This document shows positions 58,121 through 64,000 of a stretch of DNA of 64,000 nt, piece by piece. How positions within the stretch are numbered: the stretch's first letter is position 1; every line of letters begins with the position of its first letter. The translations under genes and the position numbers were made by a program. Where the stretch lies: assembly GCA_044370175.1 (NCBI GenBank), contig JBILVZ010000002.1:8759-72758 (forward strand). Reading direction: 5' to 3'. The notes beneath the pieces are model-generated. The model made no database searches and had not been told where the DNA came from. It was given only the letters and a program-made list of their open reading frames with translations. Source of the stretch: Methylococcaceae bacterium. GTDB lineage: Bacteria; Patescibacteriota; Microgenomatia; UBA1400; PJMF01.

Positions 58121-60592
58121 TTATTGTGGTTGGGCTTGTGCAGTGACAGCCTTTTTGGAAGTTTTCTTTGTTGCGATGGCCTTGCAGTTGGAAGCAGGTT
58201 CAGTACCTGCGATATAGTATTCCTCACTAATTCGAGTGCCTTGAGCCCCCCTAAAGCAGGTGCTGACCTTCACAATGCCTGCTGGGACCGCAAAAGTATG
58301 CGGGTTCGTATCATCGAGTAGTAAGTGCATGATTTTATTCCAGATTGGTGAGGCGCCTGTTACCCCAGATGCGACATAACTCATGGGAGAGCCATCATTA
58401 TTGCCCACCCAGACAGCGGTTAAGCGGTCTTTGGTATAGCCAAACGTCCAGTTATCACGTCGATTGTTTGTAGTGCCAGTTTTCACTGCGACCTCTTGTC
58501 CTGGTATAAACAAGTCAGAAAGTGACCCAAATGCGGGTGTGCGTGCTTTATTGTCTGACAAAATGTTACTAATTAAAAAGGCAATTTTTGGATCGAGAAC
58601 TTTTTTGCCTTCGCAGGCAGTTTGGTACAAAGCACAGGTGTTCTCATATAAACTCTCTCCCTTATAGTTTTTTATCTCCAAGATAGGATTAGTTTTCATT
58701 GATACCCCTTGATTGGCAAATGCACCATAAACGCTAGCCATGTCCACCATCCGTACCTCACCACCACCAAGAGTTAGTGCCAACCCAAAACGTTTGCGAT
58801 CTTGCCAGGTAGTGATACCCATTGCTTCAGCTTTATTAATCATCGCAGAAACTCCCACACTCTCAAGGAGTTTGACTGCAGGAATGTTGTAGGAGGAGGC
58901 AAGTGCTTCTTTGAGGGTGACATTGCCATGAAACTTGCCGTCATAGTTTTTAGGAGCATACGGCTCACTCCCGGGTATCTTAAAAACGACTGGCTGATCT
59001 TGAATAAGTGATGTTACCGTATTGCCACGCTCTAGTGCCATCGCATAGGTAACTGGTTTAATGGAGGAACCAGGTTGCCGTTGTTCAATGGTGACATTGA
59101 CTTGTCCGTCATTGGCAAAATCAAAGTAGTTTTTACTCCCAACCATCGCTAGCACTTCTCCCGTTTGTGGATTAGTGACGATGGCTGCCCCATTGGTGAT
59201 GCGAAAGTGTTGTACTCCTGCAATTTCTTTGGTAACTATGCTTTGCACTTCATTTTGTAACTCTAAATCAAGGGAAGTCCTGATTTCAAGTCCTTGGGTA
59301 AGTAGTTGCTCTTCTCCATATTCTTTGCCCAAAAGTTCTCGCACATACATCACAAAGTGGGGTGCTTGAATTGTAATGGAATCTTGGCGAAATGCTAACT
59401 TTTCTTGGTCAGCGGTATCTGCATCAGCTTGAGAGATGTAGCCGTCTTCGACCATGCGCCTGAGCACCTCCAACTGTCGATTCTTGGCTAGATCGGGATA
59501 GGAACCATACGGAGAGTATACAGAAGGAGCTTGGGGTAAACCTGCCAGCAGTGCTGCTTCTGCAATAGTTAATTTTGCTGATGATTTTCCAAAGTAGCGT
59601 CGCGAGGCTTCTTCGATACCATAGGTAGCACCGCCATACGGGACTTGGTTGAGGTACATACTGAGAATCTCATCTTTGGAGTAGGCACCTTCCACCAACA
59701 CTGCGAGAATCAACTCTTTGACTTTGCGGGTGAATGTTCGCTCAGAGCTCAAGAGACGCATCTTGACGAGCTGTTGGGTGATAGTCGAACCTCCTTGACT
59801 GATGGATCGCCCTTCTTGAAAGTTAGTGAGTGCTGCTCTTGAAATACCGCGAATTGAGAACCCTTGGTGGTTATAAAATTCTTTATCTTCAATAGCGATC
59901 GTGGCGTTAATCAAGTGGGGCGAGATGTACTGAAGGGGGACGATAGTACGATTTTCTTCTTTGTACATTGTGTAGAGCACTTTACCAGTGCGATCAAGAA
60001 TTTTACTTGATACAGCTGGTTGTTGGGTAGTGAGCTCCATGACCGAGGGTAAATCTTTGAAGATTAACTCATGTAAAAAGTAGGTACTCGCAAACAACCC
60101 AATGCTGATCGTTATGGCAATGACTGAGTGGAGGGGAAATAAGCGGAAACTGTAGTAAAACGGCTGGAAGGGTATGCTTACTACTTGGAACAGCCAGTTC
60201 TTTTTGATAGATGCATGACGTGCGAGTTCACTGGTAAATGCCATCTGCTGTTTGCGGTTCCAACGGTAGGCAAGACGCAGCCAGCGGGACATTGTGTGAT
60301 AGGAGCGCGTAGTTTTTTTGCTAAGGTTTAAAGAAAATATCAATGAGATGCGTTTGCTAGCTTGCTGATAGCTTTTTTGTGTCCTAAAATGTAAATATTT
60401 TAGGATGTTTTGAAAACTACTGGTGACTGCCCACTGGTGAAAACGAATCACTGTAGTAGGAAGCGTAAATGCAACTGAATGAGTATTTTTTTTTGCTACA
60501 AGCCGTCGTTGAGCATAAGAAATTAAATAAGACTTATATAATTTCTTTTTAAGTTGTTGAGAATGGTGTTTTTTCTCTGGTTTAGTCGCCAT
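58121..60592 (-). CDS. Class A penicillin-binding protein (PBP1A family)
   Basis: EDKEFYNH, GGSTITQQLVK, RKVKE; SSIK, SYN, KTGT. Confidence 0.95.
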   Translation of the reverse strand: MATKPEKKHHSQQLKKKLYKSYLISYAQRRLVAKKNTHSVAFTLPTTVIRFHQWAVTSSFQNILKYLHFRTQKSYQQASKRISLIFSLNLSKKTTRSYHTMSRWLRLAYRWNRKQQMAFTSELARHASIKKNWLFQVVSIPFQPFYYSFRLFPLHSVIAITISIGLFASTYFLHELIFKDLPSVMELTTQQPAVSSKILDRTGKVLYTMYKEENRTIVPLQYISPHLINATIAIEDKEFYNHQGFSIRGISRAALTNFQEGRSISQGGSTITQQLVKMRLLSSERTFTRKVKELILAVLVEGAYSKDEILSMYLNQVPYGGATYGIEEASRRYFGKSSAKLTIAEAALLAGLPQAPSVYSPYGSYPDLAKNRQLEVLRRMVEDGYISQADADTADQEKLAFRQDSITIQAPHFVMYVRELLGKEYGEEQLLTQGLEIRTSLDLELQNEVQSIVTKEIAGVQHFRITNGAAIVTNPQTGEVLAMVGSKNYFDFANDGQVNVTIEQRQPGSSIKPVTYAMALERGNTVTSLIQDQPVVFKIPGSEPYAPKNYDGKFHGNVTLKEALASSYNIPAVKLLESVGVSAMINKAEAMGITTWQDRKRFGLALTLGGGEVRMVDMASVYGAFANQGVSMKTNPILEIKNYKGESLYENTCALYQTACEGKKVLDPKIAFLISNILSDNKARTPAFGSLSDLFIPGQEVAVKTGTTNNRRDNWTFGYTKDRLTAVWVGNNDGSPMSYVASGVTGASPIWNKIMHLLLDDTNPHTFAVPAGIVKVSTCFRGAQGTRISEEYYIAGTEPASNCKAIATKKTSKKAVTAQAQPQ

Positions 60593-60649
60593 GGCCGCGA
60601 TGATACCATGAAGCCTATACTAACACAACTGATGTTTGTATAATTTGTA

Positions 60650-61909
60650 TCACAGTTTGCGATTAATTACATCCCACAGTTCGCGTGAATCACCCTCATA
60701 TCCAAGCGCCCAAATAGCAATTCCGCCAATGTCGAGCTGGTTAACATAATCTAGCTTATAAGAAATAGAGCGTGAGTTTTCATAGTAAATGACATATGTT
60801 TTGCCATCTTCTTTGTAAGATAAATAGGGCGAAAGTGCCTCTTCATTCCAGCGTTCTTCAACCTGTAACTCATCTTTTCGCTTCAACAACTCACTCACCC
60901 GAGAGATGCTGGCAGTGCTCCCTGTATCAGGAAATGTGTGTGACTGTGCATCGCGACTCGTAGTTTCCCATTCGTATCCATAGAAGGGAATTCCCAGAAG
61001 CAGTTTGTGACGAGGAACTTGTGCTACGAAACCTTGTACGTGTTGATTAATATCGCTATCCCAGAACTCTTTCCCGCCAAAGAGTGGAGCGATAGGTCCA
61101 GCTTGTGGAGAACTTTGTCTATGAAAGTCGTAGGCCATGATTACGATATAGTCTACGTATGGTTCAATTCCTGGCACATCCCAGAGCCCATTGTTTTTTG
61201 AGGCACCTGCATACATCGCGATAGAAAGATTGACCTTGTCATATCTGGCATTCAGATGTTCCCGTAGTTTTTTCATGAAAGTTGTTAGGTTGTTTCTCAT
61301 CGCTGCGGTAGGGGAGCTTCCCAGTTCAATATCAATGTTGATGCCATTTACAGGATATGCCAAGATGATGTCGTCGAGTGATGTGAGTAGCCGATCTTGA
61401 GCAGCGTCTGATGCCAGAAAGGTACTAATATCATTCCCATTAAACTGCGTTAGTGTAAGCTCCATTGCGCCATTCTGTGCTCGCATTGCGTTTGAGAGTT
61501 CTAAAAATGATTCAGAACTTATACCAGCGTAACCAGGTTCACCACCGCCATCTTCTGTGCGTGTCTGCAAGCTGCCATCCCCCAGAATAGTCAGCGAAAA
61601 ATACGAGAGATGTGTTAATTCGGGCTGAATTGTAGTCTTCTTCATATTCCAGTAGGGGAGGTATCCGTAGACAATTTTTTCACCAGTAGTAACAGTTGGT
61701 GAAACTTGCAAAAAATTAAAGGAAGATAATGGCGTAACTGGTGAGGTCAGTGGCATATCATAAAACCACCAGAGTGTTACAGCGACGGCGAGAATAAAGG
61801 TAAGAAAAACACCAACTGTCCACTTAGCTAGTCGTACGATTCGGGTAAAAGACAGCTGTTGCTGCTTTTTTTCAGGGACAGCAAATGAATGCATAAATGT
61901 TTTTAACAT
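60650..61909 (-). CDS. Membrane-anchored GH18 glycoside hydrolase
   Basis: GINIDIE, IMAYDF, GPIAP, LLGIPFYG, GGIAIWALG. Confidence 0.93.
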   Translation of the reverse strand: MLKTFMHSFAVPEKKQQQLSFTRIVRLAKWTVGVFLTFILAVAVTLWWFYDMPLTSPVTPLSSFNFLQVSPTVTTGEKIVYGYLPYWNMKKTTIQPELTHLSYFSLTILGDGSLQTRTEDGGGEPGYAGISSESFLELSNAMRAQNGAMELTLTQFNGNDISTFLASDAAQDRLLTSLDDIILAYPVNGINIDIELGSSPTAAMRNNLTTFMKKLREHLNARYDKVNLSIAMYAGASKNNGLWDVPGIEPYVDYIVIMAYDFHRQSSPQAGPIAPLFGGKEFWDSDINQHVQGFVAQVPRHKLLLGIPFYGYEWETTSRDAQSHTFPDTGSTASISRVSELLKRKDELQVEERWNEEALSPYLSYKEDGKTYVIYYENSRSISYKLDYVNQLDIGGIAIWALGYEGDSRELWDVINRKL

Positions 61910-61911
61910 GT

Positions 61912-64000
61912 CTAGGGTGAATCTTCTAGGAAACCCTCTCCAAAGTTGGAGAAGACATCCTCATTTTGTATCACTGTCGACTCATACTGAACTTTGCCTT
62001 CTTGATTGACAGGGCGGTTGCAGTCAAGACAGTACGTGCTAGTCATAGCTGGATCTTGCAAGATAGTTCGCTCTTCAAGTACTAGGCCTTCAACCTGTTC
62101 CCCATATTTGGGTGGTAAGCCAGTGCGCGGATCTATCCATACGTTAGTTTTAACATAGGTGGAAGCAGAAGGTTGGCCTTTTTGCCAAAACAACTCTGCT
62201 GCACCAGCAGTACATTTATTTCCACTGGCTTCTTTGGGAAATCCTGTGGGACAAACAGGTGCTGAGGCAACATCCGGTGGTTTTTCCTGCCACTTCGGTT
62301 CTTTGCCCTGTAAGACATACCGCATGATGTCATTAAATATTGGCGCAGCTCCAGTTACCCCTGAAACAAGCCTACGATTCATAGGCTCACTATCATTATT
62401 TCCCACCCACGTGGCTACTAAATACTCAGGGGTAAAGCCGATAGTCCAGTTATCTTTAACGTCGTTGGTAGTGCCTGTTTTAACGCTAACTACTTGATTA
62501 GGAATGACTAGTTGTGAACGAGGGCCAAAAGCACTGGTGCGGGCAGTATTATCTTGCATGATGTGGCTGACTAGATAAGCAGGTGCTCGATCCATCACAC
62601 GCTCTAACTCGCCTGCAGCAGCGTCTTCATACTCTGTTAAGTACTGGAGATCTTGTTTGCGCTGTTCGATAGCAACCGTGTGGAGGGTCTGTCCTTGATA
62701 ATTTTCAATTTTTAAAATTGGGGTAAGGGGAACTTTGACGCCTTGGTTGGCTAGCGTGGCAAAAGCTTGAGTCATATCCAACATGCGCACTTCACCACCA
62801 CCTAAACTAATGGATAATCCATATTGAGAGGGATCATCCCAACCAGTAATACCTAGTTTTTTGGCGCTCGCAATAAAGTTTTCTAAACCAACAATTTTAA
62901 GTGCTTTAACTGCAGGGATATTGTATGAATTTCCTAGTGATTGGCGGATGGTTACTGAGCCATGGAAACTGCCATCGTAGTTTTTAGGACAGTACGGCTT
63001 TTGTCCTGCGACAGCAAAACAGGTTGAAGCATCAACTAACATCGTTCCTGGATTGAGTACTTTATTTTGAAATGCAGTGGCGTAGACAAGGGGCTTAATA
63101 GAAGAACCTGGCTGGCGTTGGCGTAACGTCACGTTGACTTGCCCATCATGCTCCACATCAAAATAATCTTTTGAACCGATCATACTCAAAATCTCTCCTG
63201 TATCGGGTTTGATGACGAGTGCCGCACCATTACTGACATTGGCTGACTCAAGGTCAGCTACTTCTGCGGAAAGTGAGGCTTGGGCGGCATTGTGTAGCTC
63301 TAAATCGAGAGTAGTGGTGACTCGCAACCCACCCTTTTCCACCATCTCCTCACCATATTCTTGGTAGAGTAAGTCACGCACATAAAACACAAAATGGGGG
63401 GCTTTAATATCAGTTTTGGAAAGCGCAAAACGTAAGACATCACTGGCTGCTTGCTCACGTTCAACTTTGCTAATATATCCATCTTCTTCCATGCGTCGTA
63501 AGACATCAAGTTGTCTGGCTTTGGCTTGTTCTGGGTTTGAGCCAAATGGCGAGTATCGACTCGGGGCTTGTGGTAAACCAGCAAGGAGTGCCGCTTCAGC
63601 TAAGGTCAACTCTTTGGCGTGTTTGCCAAAGTATGCTTTGGCTGCAGACTCAATCCCGACAGAAGTTCCTCCATACGGTATGTAGTTGAGGTACATTTCT
63701 AGAATATCATCTTTTGAGTACATCACTTCTGTAAAAACAGAAAGGAGCGCCTCTTTAATTTTGCGTTGCAGTGAGCGTTCCCTGGTAAGTAGCGCATTTT
63801 TCACCAGCTGCTGCGTAATGGTCGAACCACCCTCAAGACGTTTGCCAGTCAAAGTTGAGCGTGCTGCACGAATAATACCAACAATATCAAAGCCAAAGTG
63901 GCGATAAAAACTTTTGTCTTCAATGGAGATGCTTGCCTGATAGACGTATGGGGGAAGATCTGACAAATTAATGGGTGTGCGATTTTCATCAGCATAGATC
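61912..64000 (-). CDS. Class A penicillin-binding protein (PBP1A family), 5' end beyond the window
   Basis: EDKSFYRH, GGSTITQQLVKN, RKIKE; SSIK, SYN, KTGT. Confidence 0.95.
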   Translation of the reverse strand, partial: IYADENRTPINLSDLPPYVYQASISIEDKSFYRHFGFDIVGIIRAARSTLTGKRLEGGSTITQQLVKNALLTRERSLQRKIKEALLSVFTEVMYSKDDILEMYLNYIPYGGTSVGIESAAKAYFGKHAKELTLAEAALLAGLPQAPSRYSPFGSNPEQAKARQLDVLRRMEEDGYISKVEREQAASDVLRFALSKTDIKAPHFVFYVRDLLYQEYGEEMVEKGGLRVTTTLDLELHNAAQASLSAEVADLESANVSNGAALVIKPDTGEILSMIGSKDYFDVEHDGQVNVTLRQRQPGSSIKPLVYATAFQNKVLNPGTMLVDASTCFAVAGQKPYCPKNYDGSFHGSVTIRQSLGNSYNIPAVKALKIVGLENFIASAKKLGITGWDDPSQYGLSISLGGGEVRMLDMTQAFATLANQGVKVPLTPILKIENYQGQTLHTVAIEQRKQDLQYLTEYEDAAAGELERVMDRAPAYLVSHIMQDNTARTSAFGPRSQLVIPNQVVSVKTGTTNDVKDNWTIGFTPEYLVATWVGNNDSEPMNRRLVSGVTGAAPIFNDIMRYVLQGKEPKWQEKPPDVASAPVCPTGFPKEASGNKCTAGAAELFWQKGQPSASTYVKTNVWIDPRTGLPPKYGEQVEGLVLEERTILQDPAMTSTYCLDCNRPVNQEGKVQYESTVIQNEDVFSNFGEGFLEDSP

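Noticed and set aside
1144-63907. Numerous antisense and alternate-frame ORFs in the track (e.g. 2812-3414, 44710-45138, 62159-62497)
   Set aside because: Shadows of well-supported genes on the other strand or frame, with no motifs
1-64000. tRNA, tmRNA (near smpB), rRNA or CRISPR array
   Set aside because: No T-arm/cloverleaf signature or regularly spaced repeats recognised by eye; a covariance-model scan would be needed to exclude them fully

Overview
Gene-dense chromosomal window, roughly 40-42% GC by eye, standard bacterial code. It most likely comes from a Patescibacteria/CPR bacterium of the Microgenomates type; this is inferred from the gene set (PilN/PilO plus an FN3 surface protein, RND without TolC, tandem PBP1A genes, GT-C membrane protein) and from pervasive leaderless promoters. 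Housekeeping and envelope genes: zwf (partial), RND pair, umuDC, hflX, an OmpR/CiaRH-like two-component system, truB-like, PAP2/dgkA, murJ, rpsT, lepA, smpB, cmk, two PBP1A genes and a GH18. The most notable part is a ~7.3 kb decayed island (~32.44-39.69 kb) bounded by two diverged direct copies of the 3' end of an MGMT/ATL-like DNA-repair gene. It carries a single-HKD PLD nuclease, an XRE regulator, a resolvase-fold protein lacking its catalytic motifs, a low-GC HEPN-motif protein, a 1138-aa secreted FN3/crystallin protein ending in a Chloroflexi-type 'FLPLVxR' tail, and a 778-bp transposase-less cassette flanked by 27-bp inverted repeats. Also present: an IS256-family element whose transposase needs a frameshift at ATG-A7, CiaR-box-like promoters with exact streptococcal geometry, and a frameshifted DUF305 gene. 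No tRNA, rRNA or CRISPR array was recognised. All family calls are by motif recognition only; no database search was run.
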